Source: Sphingomonas sp. (GTDB lineage Bacteria > Pseudomonadota > Alphaproteobacteria > Sphingomonadales > Sphingomonadaceae). Taken from it: a stretch of 47,342 nt of DNA. The notes beneath the pieces were generated by a model that did no database searches, was not told the DNA's origin, and saw only the letters and a list, made by a program, of their open reading frames with translations. The first letter of the stretch is position 1. Every line of letters begins with the position of its first letter. The stretch spans positions 1 to 47,342 of the forward strand of contig JAJJPO010000117.1 of NCBI GenBank assembly GCA_032907585.1, written 5' to 3'. Position numbers and translations under genes: made by a program. Below, piece after piece: positions 8,450 through 17,605 of the stretch.

Positions 8450-10861
8450 TCAGCCGAGCCGCATGGCTTCCTCGGCGAGCGCCTCCGCCTCGATCAGCAA
8501 TGTCTCGTCCGCGGTGCCTTCCGGAGCAGCCTCGCGCCCGACGATGACCATCAGCGGGACGGCCATCGGCGTTATCCGGTCTGTGGCGACATGGACCATG
8601 GTGCCGGCCGCCCTGTCGACCAGCCTGACCAGCCGGCCGAGTTCGGTCATCCTTGTCCGGGCATCGTCCCAGGCCGCGCGCAATAACAGGTGATCAGGCT
8701 CGTATCGCCGGAGCACGTCGTAGATGAGGTCGGTCGAAAAGCTTACCTGTCTTCCGGTCTTGCGCTTTCCCGGGTGTTGCCGCTCGACCAGCCCGCCGAT
8801 CACGGCGACCTCGCGAAAGGCGCTCTTGAGCAGGTAGGAACGCTCCACCCACTCGACGAATTCCCGCTCGAGGATGTCCGGCGAAAAAAGCGATGCCGGG
8901 TCGGTGACGGGTTCGAGGCCATAGCAGGCCAGCCCATAGTCATTGGCGACAAAGCCGAGCGGCTTCAGCCCGGCCTTTTCCATTCTCTTCGTGAGGAGCA
9001 TCCCCAGCGACTGGTGGGCATTCCAGCCCTCGAAGCTGTAGGCGACCATGTAGTGGCGGCCCTCGTGCGGGAACGTCTCGACCAGCAGCTGGTGCGGCTC
9101 GGGAAGGACCGATCGCTCCGACTGGACCTGGAGCCACTCGCTGACGTCGTCCGGGAAGCGGCTCCAGCCGTTGCGATCTGCGATCATCTGCCTCACCCGG
9201 TTGGCAAGGTGGGTCGACATCGACATTCGCTGGCCGCCGTAGGTCACGATCCTCGCCGACTTGCGCGACGCCTGGACGATGATGTCGGTTTCCTGGATCC
9301 GCTGTACCTCGAGGCTGAGGCCGGCGAAGAAGAAATGGTCGCCCGGGGCCAGCGTCGAGGCAAAACCCTCCTCGACGGTGCCTAGCCTGCGGCCGCCCTT
9401 GAATCGCACGTCCATCAGGGGCTGCTCGACGATCACGCCGGCATTCATCCGGTGCTGCTGCGCGATTGCAGGCCGGGCGAGGCGCCATCGAGCCGGTGCT
9501 TCCTCGACGATGCGCTGGAAGCGGTCATAGGCCCGGAGCGCATAGCCGCCGGTTGCAACGAAATCGAGAATCTCGCGAAAGCTCGCGGCGGTCAGCCCGG
9601 CATAGGGGGCGGCCGACTGGATCTCGGCGAGGAGCTCCGCCTCGTCGAACGGCCCGGCGCAGGCCATCGCAAGCACATGCTGTGCGAGCACGTCGAGGGT
9701 TCCCGGCCGGAAATTCTCCGGGTCGAGTTCTCCCTCGTCGATGGCGTCGAGCGCCGCGCGCGCCTCGAGATATTCGAACCGGTTGCCAGGAACGATCATC
9801 CCGCGGCTCGGCTCGTCCAGCCGGTGATTTGCCCGGCCGATCCGCTGCAGCAGCCGGGAGCTCCCCTTGGGCGCGCCCATCTGGATGACGAGGTCTATGT
9901 CGCCCCAGTCGATCCCGAGATCGAGGCTTGCGGTTGCGACCAGCGCCCGGATCTTTCCGTCGGCCATTGCCGCCTCGATCTTGCGGCGAGCTTCCACCGC
10001 GAGGCTGCCATGGTGAATGCCGATCGGAAGCGCCCCCTCGTTCACCGACCAGAGCTTCTGGAAAGTCAGTTCGGCAAGACCGCGGGTGTTGCAGAAGATG
10101 AGGGTGGTGCGATGCTGTTCCACCAGCGCCATGACATCGCGGATGGCGTGATAGCCGGAGTGGCCGCCCCAGGGGATGCGTTCCTCGGGAATGAGGATGG
10201 AGAGGTCAGGCGCTGCGCCCTCCTCGCCGCGGATCAGCCCGACCATGTCCATGTCGCCATCCGGCGCGAGCCAGCTGCGATAGGAATCGGGGTCGGCAAC
10301 CGTAGCGCTGAGCCCGACGCGCCGAAGCCCCGGGGAGAGCGCCTGGAGACGGGCAAGCGATAGTGACAGGAGGTCGCCGCGCTTTTCGCGGGCAAAGGCA
10401 TGGATCTCGTCGACTACCACGTTGCGAAGGCGTTCGAACAGCAGGCCGCTGTCGGCATAGCTCAACAGCAGGCTGAGGCTTTCCGGCGTGGTCAGAAGTA
10501 TTTGCGGCGGCCGGACGCGCTGCCTTGCCTTGCGATCCGAGGGCGTGTCGCCGGTGCGTGTCTCGACCCGGATGTTGAGGCCCATTTCGTCGATCGGCCC
10601 GAGAAGGTTGCGCTGGACATCGACCGCCAGCGCCTTGAGCGGCGACACGTAGAGCGTGTGGAGCCCCTCGCGCGGCTGCTCGACGAGGTCGACGAGGGTT
10701 GGAAGGAAGCCGGCCAGGGTCTTTCCGGCGCCCGTCGCCGCGACCAGTAGCGAATGATTGCCGGCCCGCGCGGCATCGAGCATCTCGAGCTGGTGGCGCC
10801 TTGGGCGCCAGCCCCGTGACGCAAACCAGTGCTCGACGACCGGTGGGAGGTCCCGGCTCAG
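8450..10861 (-). CDS. lhr: Ligase-associated DEXH-box helicase (Lhr-core)
   Basis: ATGAGKT, YVSPLKALA, DEIH, SAT, ATASLDLGID, QRIGRANH; probable CTG start at 10861 overlapping upstream TGA (start uncertain). Confidence 0.9.
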   Translation of the reverse strand: MSRDLPPVVEHWFASRGWRPRRHQLEMLDAARAGNHSLLVAATGAGKTLAGFLPTLVDLVEQPREGLHTLYVSPLKALAVDVQRNLLGPIDEMGLNIRVETRTGDTPSDRKARQRVRPPQILLTTPESLSLLLSYADSGLLFERLRNVVVDEIHAFAREKRGDLLSLSLARLQALSPGLRRVGLSATVADPDSYRSWLAPDGDMDMVGLIRGEEGAAPDLSILIPEERIPWGGHSGYHAIRDVMALVEQHRTTLIFCNTRGLAELTFQKLWSVNEGALPIGIHHGSLAVEARRKIEAAMADGKIRALVATASLDLGIDWGDIDLVIQMGAPKGSSRLLQRIGRANHRLDEPSRGMIVPGNRFEYLEARAALDAIDEGELDPENFRPGTLDVLAQHVLAMACAGPFDEAELLAEIQSAAPYAGLTAASFREILDFVATGGYALRAYDRFQRIVEEAPARWRLARPAIAQQHRMNAGVIVEQPLMDVRFKGGRRLGTVEEGFASTLAPGDHFFFAGLSLEVQRIQETDIIVQASRKSARIVTYGGQRMSMSTHLANRVRQMIADRNGWSRFPDDVSEWLQVQSERSVLPEPHQLLVETFPHEGRHYMVAYSFEGWNAHQSLGMLLTKRMEKAGLKPLGFVANDYGLACYGLEPVTDPASLFSPDILEREFVEWVERSYLLKSAFREVAVIGGLVERQHPGKRKTGRQVSFSTDLIYDVLRRYEPDHLLLRAAWDDARTRMTELGRLVRLVDRAAGTMVHVATDRITPMAVPLMVIVGREAAPEGTADETLLIEAEALAEEAMRLG

Positions 10862-11046
10862 CGCTTTTTCTGCTTGGCCGCCTCGTCCTCGGCCTCGTAG
10901 AGCTCGCGCGTCGCCTGCTCGGTGCGCGGGTTGCTTGTTTCCTTGCCCCTGCTTCTCGTGCGCATCACCACCCAGATCAGCGCTGCCAACAGGATGACGA
11001 CCCCGACGATTTCCATAAGGGCCAAGTTCAGACCGCCCATGTCCAT
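10858..11046 (-). CDS. Small single-pass membrane protein (62 aa), unknown function
   Basis: GGAGA SD before ATG 11046; hydrophobic segment IVGVVILLAALIWVVM followed by charged tail; stop overlaps helicase start. Confidence 0.7.
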   Translation of the reverse strand: MDMGGLNLALMEIVGVVILLAALIWVVMRTRSRGKETSNPRTEQATRELYEAEDEAAKQKKR

Positions 11047-11102
11047 GATTATCTCCGTGTCCAAGGCGGAACCTGACCGCCACATCAGGCTATAATGCCG
11101 TG

Positions 11103-12101
11103 ATGCCCCGACTGGGTTCCTGGATCGAGCCTTTTCCCGAAGGCATATATGTAAGGCCTGCCGATGCCTGGGTCGATCCTTCGCAGCCCAGGGCCCGGGC
11201 GCTCGTTACCCATGGGCACGGCGATCATGCACGCGGCGGCCATGGTGAAGTCTTTGCTACCCCGGAGACGCTGGCGATCATGGCGGCGCGCTACGGGCCG
11301 CAGGAGGGTCGTCCCTGCGACTATGGAAGTCCCTTCCGCCTGGGCGACGTTGAAATAAGTCTCGTTCCGGCGGGCCATGTCCTCGGCTCCGCCCAGATAC
11401 TTCTCGAGCACCGCGGGGAACGGGTGGTCGTCTCGGGTGACTATAAGCGACGGCCGGATCCGACCTGCGAGCCGTTCCAGGTCGTGCCCTGCGACATATT
11501 CATCAGCGAGGCGACCTTCGGGCTGCCGGTCTTCCGTCATCCCGACACGAGGAGCGAGGTCGATCGCCTGCTCCATCGCCTCCGCGCCGAGCCAGGCCGC
11601 TGCGTCCTGGTCGGAGCCTATGCACTCGGCAAGGCCCAGCGGTTGATCACGGAACTGCGCGGCCGGGGCCACCATGAACCAATATATATCCACGGTGCGC
11701 TCGAGCGGTTGTGCCGCCTTTACGAGGAGCTTGGCGTCCCGCTCGGCGAGCTGAGACCTGCCACCGCCGCCAGCAAGGCCGAGCTCCAGGACCGGATCAT
11801 CCTTTGTCCGCCCTCCGCGCTCAATGACCGCTGGTCGCGGCGGCTGCCCGATCCCATCACGGCAATGGCATCGGGCTGGATGCGCATCCGCCAGCGTGCA
11901 CGACAGAGGAACGTCGAACTGCCGCTAGTGATTTCCGATCATGCAGACTGGGACGAGCTCACCGGAACCATCCGCGAGGTTGCGCCAACCGAGGTGTGGA
12001 TCACCCACGGCCGGGAGGACGCGCTGATGCACTGGTGCCAGATGAACCAGATCAAGGCGCGCGAACTCAATCTCGTCGGCTATGAGGACGAGGACGACTA
12101 G
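11103..12101 (+). CDS. Ligase-associated DNA damage response exonuclease (MBL/beta-CASP)
   Basis: THGHGDH, AGHVLGSA, SGDYKR, SEATFG, YALGKAQR, ASGWM, SDHAD, THG. Confidence 0.9.
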   Translation: MPRLGSWIEPFPEGIYVRPADAWVDPSQPRARALVTHGHGDHARGGHGEVFATPETLAIMAARYGPQEGRPCDYGSPFRLGDVEISLVPAGHVLGSAQILLEHRGERVVVSGDYKRRPDPTCEPFQVVPCDIFISEATFGLPVFRHPDTRSEVDRLLHRLRAEPGRCVLVGAYALGKAQRLITELRGRGHHEPIYIHGALERLCRLYEELGVPLGELRPATAASKAELQDRIILCPPSALNDRWSRRLPDPITAMASGWMRIRQRARQRNVELPLVISDHADWDELTGTIREVAPTEVWITHGREDALMHWCQMNQIKARELNLVGYEDEDD

Positions 12102-13069
12102 CCCGCCGAGCCGAAGGCGATCATGTTGATCTGGCCGAGCGCCTCCAGCGCCCGCCGACGGTCGATCACCAGGGCCGCCGTCTGGGTGACGAGGTCGACC
12201 AGCGTGAGGTCGCGGACCGTCGGCTCGCGCGGCTCGCGGTGATACATTGCAAATGTGCCAAGCACCCTTCGGCCCGAGGCAAGGATCGGGGTCGACCAGC
12301 AGGCGCGAAGACCATGGGCCAGGGCGATTTCCCTGAAGTCGGCCCAGAGCGGGTCGCTCGCGATATCGGAAACGAAGACCGGGGCCGCCTGGTAGGCGGC
12401 TGTTCCGCAGGAGCCGGCGCAAGGCCCGATCTCCGCGCCATCGATTGCCTCGCAGTAGGAGGCGGGGAGGCTGGGGGCGGCACCGTGCCTCAAGTGCCTT
12501 CCGTCAGGGTCAAGCAGGAGGATCGAACCGAGCACATTGGTTCGCGAAGTTGCCTCCACGATCCGCAGCAGCTCTTCGAGCGTATGCTCGAGCGGGCCGT
12601 CGGCAATGGCGAGCTCGAGCACCCGCGTATGGGCGACCCTCAGGCTTTCGCCGCGGCTCGCTTCGGTAACCTCGTGGCCCTGGAGGAAAATGGAAGCCGG
12701 CTGTCCGGTCCGGGCGGCAAGCGGCTGGAACACGAGGTCGACCAATATTTCCTCGACGGTCCCGTCCGGCCTCGAGACCCTAAGCGCCATCGCCCGGCCG
12801 GGAAGCGCCTCCCCCGAGGCCGCGGCATTGTCCAGCAAATCGGCAAAGCCTTGCAAGGTGAACTCGGGAAGGCCCTCGGCCACCGGCTTACCCAGGAAAT
12901 CATCCCTTCCGACAAGCGATGCAAAGGCCTGGTTGGCCATGACGAGCTGGTGATCGGGTCCCTCGAACAGCGCCATGAAGCCCGGCGCCCTTTCGAACAT
13001 CTGCCCCAGCCGGTCGAGCTCGCTGCTGGCGGCCAGCGCTGGATCGTTCAATGCAGGCCGTTCCGGCAT
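12098..13069 (-). CDS. PAS + GAF sensor protein with no output domain
   Basis: PAS: FERAPGFMALFEGPDHQLVMAN...GKPVAEGLPE; GAF: HGAAPSLP..GSCGTAA..VSDIASDPLW..LRACWSTPI..VLGTFAMY. Confidence 0.85.
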   Translation of the reverse strand: MPERPALNDPALAASSELDRLGQMFERAPGFMALFEGPDHQLVMANQAFASLVGRDDFLGKPVAEGLPEFTLQGFADLLDNAAASGEALPGRAMALRVSRPDGTVEEILVDLVFQPLAARTGQPASIFLQGHEVTEASRGESLRVAHTRVLELAIADGPLEHTLEELLRIVEATSRTNVLGSILLLDPDGRHLRHGAAPSLPASYCEAIDGAEIGPCAGSCGTAAYQAAPVFVSDIASDPLWADFREIALAHGLRACWSTPILASGRRVLGTFAMYHREPREPTVRDLTLVDLVTQTAALVIDRRRALEALGQINMIAFGSAG

Positions 13070-13116
13070 CGGGTCATTTTAGCGCAAGCCGTGGCCCGCG
13101 TCACGATCAGCCGTGC

Positions 13117-14496
13117 CTAGTGGGTCGCGAGGACGGCCTCGACGCCGCTTTTCTCAAGTTGCTCGTTGACGCTGGCCATCAGGCGGTCGAGGCCGGCCTG
13201 GTCCTTCGCCTCTGCGCGGGCGACGAGAACGTCCTGGGTGTTGGAAGCCCGAAGAAGCCACCAGCCGTCGGGCGTGCTGACCCGCACGCCATCGGTCGCG
13301 TTGACGTTCGCTCCTTCCTCCGCAAGCCGCCCGGCCACTTCCTCGACGATCGCGAACTTGCGGCTTTCATCGACCTGGAAGCGAAGTTCGGGGGTGGCGA
13401 GAGACACCGGCATTTCGTCCCTGAGCTCGGTCAGGGATTTTCCGCTGGCCGAGACCGCCTCAATGGTCCGGACCGCCGCGTAGAGCGCATCGTCGAAGCC
13501 GTACCAGCGGTGCTTGAAGAAGATGTGGCCGCTCATCTCGCCGGCGAGCGGAGCCCCGGTCTCCTTCATTTTCGACTTGATGAGGCTGTGCCCTGTCTTC
13601 CACATCAGCGGAGTGCCGCCCATCGCCTCGATGCGATCGAACAGCGTCTGGCTGGCCTTCACGTCGGCGATGATGGTTGCCCCGGGCTGATCCTTGAGCA
13701 CTGGCCCTGCAAGAATGATGAGTAGCTGGTCTCCCCAGATTACCCGGCCCTTCGAATCGACGGCGCCGATCCGGTCGGCATCTCCGTCGAAGGCAAAGCC
13801 GAAGTCGAGCCCCTTGTCGGCAACGAGTTTCCTGAGGTCTGCGAGATTGGCCTCGACGGTCGGGTCGGGGTGGTGATTGGGGAAATTGCCATCGATTTCG
13901 GTGTAAAGCGTGTGATGCTCCCCGGGCAGGCGCTTCACCAGCCGCTCGACGATCGGACCGCCTGCGCCGTTCCCTGCATCCCAGCCGACGCGATAGCCCT
14001 TGCCCTCGAAATTGCCGGCAAGCGCATCGACATAGGCGTCGGTGACATCGACCTCGTCGATCCTTCCCTCGCCCCGGCTCCAGTCACCGGCCGCGGCGCG
14101 GCGCCCGAGGTCCTGGATTTCCTCGCCGAACACAGAGCGGCCATTCAGCAGCATCTTGAAGCCGTTATAATTGGCCGGGTTGTGGCTGCCGGTGACCTGG
14201 ATGCCCCCCTGCACGCCCAGCGTGGCAACCGCGAAATAGAGCATCGGCGATGGGCCAAGGCCGATCCGCACCACGTCAAGGCCGCCCTCGACCAGCCCGC
14301 GGACCAGTTCGCGCTCCAGCCGGGGGGAATGGGTGCGGCCATCACGACCAACCGCCACCTTGCGGGCGGATTCCGACAATGCGAGCGTCGCATAGCTTCG
14401 GCCGAGCGCGTAGGCATCCGCCTCGGTCAGGGTCGATCCGACGATCCCCCGGACATCATATTCCCTGAGTATCGTGGGGTTGAACTGGTGAGCCAT
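13117..14496 (-). CDS. pgmG: Phosphoglucomutase/phosphomannomutase
   Basis: REYDVRG, TGSHNP, FDGDADR, GEMSGH, RASNTQ. Confidence 0.93.
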   Translation of the reverse strand: MAHQFNPTILREYDVRGIVGSTLTEADAYALGRSYATLALSESARKVAVGRDGRTHSPRLERELVRGLVEGGLDVVRIGLGPSPMLYFAVATLGVQGGIQVTGSHNPANYNGFKMLLNGRSVFGEEIQDLGRRAAAGDWSRGEGRIDEVDVTDAYVDALAGNFEGKGYRVGWDAGNGAGGPIVERLVKRLPGEHHTLYTEIDGNFPNHHPDPTVEANLADLRKLVADKGLDFGFAFDGDADRIGAVDSKGRVIWGDQLLIILAGPVLKDQPGATIIADVKASQTLFDRIEAMGGTPLMWKTGHSLIKSKMKETGAPLAGEMSGHIFFKHRWYGFDDALYAAVRTIEAVSASGKSLTELRDEMPVSLATPELRFQVDESRKFAIVEEVAGRLAEEGANVNATDGVRVSTPDGWWLLRASNTQDVLVARAEAKDQAGLDRLMASVNEQLEKSGVEAVLATH

Positions 14497-14623
14497 GTAA
14501 GAGCCGTTCTCCGATTATGTTCTTCTTGAACGCCCGCGACAGGCCGGCGCCGCGAGGCCGCGGCGGTTCCCGGCGCAGGCAAATGCCTTTTTCGGGCAAT
14601 GACGGACCGGCCGAACTTGTTCC

Positions 14624-15421
14624 CTAGCCGACCGCGGCCCGCGGCTGGCCGGCATCGTCGGCCTCGGGCACGGCCAGCCCGGCAATCATTTCGCGCAACT
14701 CCTGGCGGGCTGCAATATGGCCAAGTCCGACGTCGCCGATCTCGGCCATGTCGAGGAGCGTCAGGCCCTTGGGGAAGAGCTCGCGATAGATGACCCGCTC
14801 CCCAAGGCCCGGGATTACCCGGTAGCCCACCCGCCGGGCAAGCTCGTCGAGCGCTGCCCCGACCCGCTGGAGGTTGTGCGACTGGATATGCTGGAGGCGG
14901 TTCCTCAGCACCACCCAGTCGACGCTTCGCCCGGTCTGTTTCGCCCGCTGGGTCCGGCTGTTCCAGATCAGCTCGGCGTAAAAGCTTGGCTTGGTGACCT
15001 TGAAGCTTTCCGGGTGGACCTGGCCGATGAGGTCAAGGTCGACGAAGCTGTCGTTCATCGGCGTCACCAGCGTATCGGCCATCAGGATCGCAGATCGGGC
15101 GATCGGGTCGTCGCGGCCGGGGGTGTCGATCACCACCACGTCGACGTCAGCCGAAAGCCTTGCAATCGCCGCCTCGAGCCCGGCCGCGCTCTGGTCGTCG
15201 AGCACCTCGTAGATGGCGCCCGGGAGCTGCCGCTCCAGTCGACGCATCGTCGCGTCGCGGTTCTCGAGGTAACGGGTCATGGTGCGCTGGCGCTGGTCGA
15301 GGTCGAGCGCGCCGACCCGGTGACCGGATGCCGCGAGCGCAATGGCGGTGTGGACCGCGGTGGTCGACTTGCCGGTGCCGCCCTTTTCATTGGCGAAGAC
15401 GATGAAGTGCGGCTGGCCCAT
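14624..15421 (-). CDS. mipZ: Division plane positioning ATPase MipZ
   Basis: NEKGGTGKST, DLDQRQRT, DTPG, TPMNDSFVDLD, ERVIYRELFPKGLTLLD, ARQELR; divergent from panC. Confidence 0.92.
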   Translation of the reverse strand: MGQPHFIVFANEKGGTGKSTTAVHTAIALAASGHRVGALDLDQRQRTMTRYLENRDATMRRLERQLPGAIYEVLDDQSAAGLEAAIARLSADVDVVVIDTPGRDDPIARSAILMADTLVTPMNDSFVDLDLIGQVHPESFKVTKPSFYAELIWNSRTQRAKQTGRSVDWVVLRNRLQHIQSHNLQRVGAALDELARRVGYRVIPGLGERVIYRELFPKGLTLLDMAEIGDVGLGHIAARQELREMIAGLAVPEADDAGQPRAAVG

Positions 15422-15503
15422 GGCCTGCTATTCCCCTTGTGATACCCACAACCGCCCTAATATGGAGCGGCCCCAGCGCTGGAATACCGAAGGCCGGAAT
15501 CGC

Positions 15504-16391
15504 ATGCAAATCATTAGAAGGTTAAGCGAATTATCTCCGGCAATGCTCGGCTGGCGAGAGGCGGGCGAAACAATCGCGCTCGTGCCGACCATGGGAGCTC
15601 TCCACGCCGGGCACCTGGCGCTGGTCGCTGCCGCGAGGGAGGAGGCCGGCCGGGTAGCAGTCTCGATCTTCGTCAATCCACTGCAGTTCGGACCCAATGA
15701 AGATCTCGATCGCTACCCCCGGCGTGAGGAGGAGGACGCCCGGATGCTCCGCCAGGCGGGGTGCGACCTCTTGTGGATGCCGACGCCGGACCAGCTCTAT
15801 CCACCCGGCTTTGCGACCAGGATCAGCGTCGCGGGGGTCAGCGAGCGCTGGGACGGGGCGGCCAGGCCTGGACATTTTGAGGGGGTGGCGACGGTCGTCG
15901 CCAAATTGTTCACCGCCGTCCGCCCTGACCTCGCTTTCTTTGGCGAGAAGGATTTCCAGCAGCTTGCAGTGATCCGCCGGATGGAGCGCGATCTCGGGCT
16001 TGGCGTTTCCATCCAGGCGGTCCCGACGGTGCGCGACCAGGACGGCCTCGCGCTCTCATCGCGCAATGCCTATCTCACCAGCGGCGAGCGGCAGCGGGCT
16101 CTGGCGCTACCCGGTTGCCTCGAGGAGGCCCGCGAGGCGATCCAAGGGGGTGAGCCGGTGGCCATGGCCCTCTCGCAGGCGAGGCGCCGGCTGTCCGAGG
16201 CCGGTTTTTCGCCGATAGACTATGTCGCTCTGGTGGACCCGGTGACTCTTGAACCCGTCGATGAGCCGCTCGGCGAAACCCGGCTCATTGCAGCTGCCAC
16301 GATCGGCTCGACCCGTCTGATCGACAATATCCCGATACCCCCGCCCGCGGCATCGCCGAGGCCGGGACGAGGCGCCGCCCAGGAGAGCTGA
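15504..16391 (+). CDS. panC: Pantoate--beta-alanine ligase
   Basis: VPTMGALHAGH, SIFVNPLQF, RPGHFEGV, FGEKDFQQ, DGLALSSRN, RLIDN; start at ATG 15504. Confidence 0.97.
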   Translation: MQIIRRLSELSPAMLGWREAGETIALVPTMGALHAGHLALVAAAREEAGRVAVSIFVNPLQFGPNEDLDRYPRREEEDARMLRQAGCDLLWMPTPDQLYPPGFATRISVAGVSERWDGAARPGHFEGVATVVAKLFTAVRPDLAFFGEKDFQQLAVIRRMERDLGLGVSIQAVPTVRDQDGLALSSRNAYLTSGERQRALALPGCLEEAREAIQGGEPVAMALSQARRRLSEAGFSPIDYVALVDPVTLEPVDEPLGETRLIAAATIGSTRLIDNIPIPPPAASPRPGRGAAQES

Positions 16392-16576
16392 CGGCCCGCC
16401 GGCGATAACAACATCCATTTTGGGACTGGATTTTTCCGGTCGCGGGCTCGTCGGCGGAGACCGGGCCCAAGACGTCTCCCGCCCGGCGAGGGGCCAAAAT
16501 TACCGCTCGCGGACCGCGCCGCTTCCCGTCGTAAAGTCGCATTTCGGACACAGCGGTCATCTTGGTCACCAGCCCG

Positions 16577-16591
16577 TTAACCATTTCTTTG
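16577..16591 (+). promoter_or_regulatory. Possible CtrA half-site upstream of Sel1 gene
   Basis: TTAACCAT at 16577-16584; second half (TTTG at N7 spacing) is degenerate. Confidence 0.4.
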
Positions 16592-16643
16592 CTGGTTGGG
16601 CGCGAATCTCGCGCAACGAACAGGGAAAACAGGGATTATTGAG

Positions 16644-16946
16644 ATGGCGACCAGTCAGAAAGGTATCGACTTCCTCCTTCGCAGCCGGATCGCGGATGCG
16701 GAGAAAGGCAATGTCGACGCGCTGTACGAGCTTGGGGTGACCTATTCGACGGGCCGGGGCGGCGTCGCGGTCGACCTCATCGAGGCCCACAAGTGGTTCA
16801 ACCTCGCCGCGCTGTCCGGTGACACGCGCAGCCAGGCCTGCCGCGCGGAAATCTCGATCGAGATGACTGCCCGCGAGATTGCCGAAGCGCAGCGGCAGGC
16901 GCGTGCATGGCTCGGGCATGGCAGCCAGCAGCGCTTTGCTGCCTGA
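16644..16946 (+). CDS. Small Sel1-repeat protein
   Basis: GNVDALYELGVTYSTGRGGVAVDLIEAHKWFNLAALSG = one Sel1 repeat; helical tail EIAEAQRQARAW. Confidence 0.85.
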   Translation: MATSQKGIDFLLRSRIADAEKGNVDALYELGVTYSTGRGGVAVDLIEAHKWFNLAALSGDTRSQACRAEISIEMTAREIAEAQRQARAWLGHGSQQRFAA

Positions 16947-17037
16947 CGCATTGGCGGGCCCAAGTCTCCGGTAGCCAAGGGGCATCGCCGGCAAAAAGAT
17001 GCCCGGCGAGGCCAGGGGCCCCGCCGGGCGGCATGGA

Positions 17038-17559
17038 CTAGCGAATGACGACCGTCGCTGCGCGGCGGTTCTGCGCCCAGGCCTCTTCATTGGATCCCAG
17101 CGCGACCGGACGTTCCTTGCCCCAGCTGGTCGTTACCAGCCGCGATGCGGGAACTCCCTGCGCGACGAGGAAGTCACGGGCGGCGTTGGCGCGGCGTTCG
17201 CCAAGCGCCTGGTTATATTCACGCGTTCCGCGCTCGTCGGCGTGGCCTTCGATGGAAGCCCTGACATTGGGATTGGCAATAAGCCACCTTGCCTGGGCCG
17301 CGAGGGTCGCCTGCGAGGCCTGGTCCAGCGAATATTCGTCGGTCCCGAAATAGATGGTGTCCGACCCGGCCTTGGCAACCAGATCTGCCTGGAGCGCCGG
17401 GAGCTCGACCACCTCGAGGCTGTTGGGATCGGTCGAGTTGGGATCGACAGGCGGCGCTACCGGGCCCTCACTAATCGGCTCGGGGGGCGGGGTCCGCTTC
17501 GCACAGGCGCCCATCGTCAATGCGACCGCAGCCATGCCAATCACAAAGGTCTTTTTCAT
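17038..17559 (-). CDS. pal: Peptidoglycan-associated lipoprotein
   Basis: Lipobox-like MGAC; IEGHADERGTREYNQALGERRA; SWGKERP; NRRA. Confidence 0.96.
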   Translation of the reverse strand: MKKTFVIGMAAVALTMGACAKRTPPPEPISEGPVAPPVDPNSTDPNSLEVVELPALQADLVAKAGSDTIYFGTDEYSLDQASQATLAAQARWLIANPNVRASIEGHADERGTREYNQALGERRANAARDFLVAQGVPASRLVTTSWGKERPVALGSNEEAWAQNRRAATVVIR

Positions 17560-17605
17560 TTTTCACTCCTTGGGAAATCCCTGATCATTAAAAAAATGGG
17601 GAATG

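Noticed and set aside
14506-14531. LexA box upstream of pgmG (GTTC...GTTC)
   Set aside because: Spacing is 9 nt, not the alphaproteobacterial GTTC-N7-GTTC.
16980-17009. Terminator between the Sel1 gene and pal
   Set aside because: Two alternative 7-bp stems with 11-nt loops and no properly placed U-tract.
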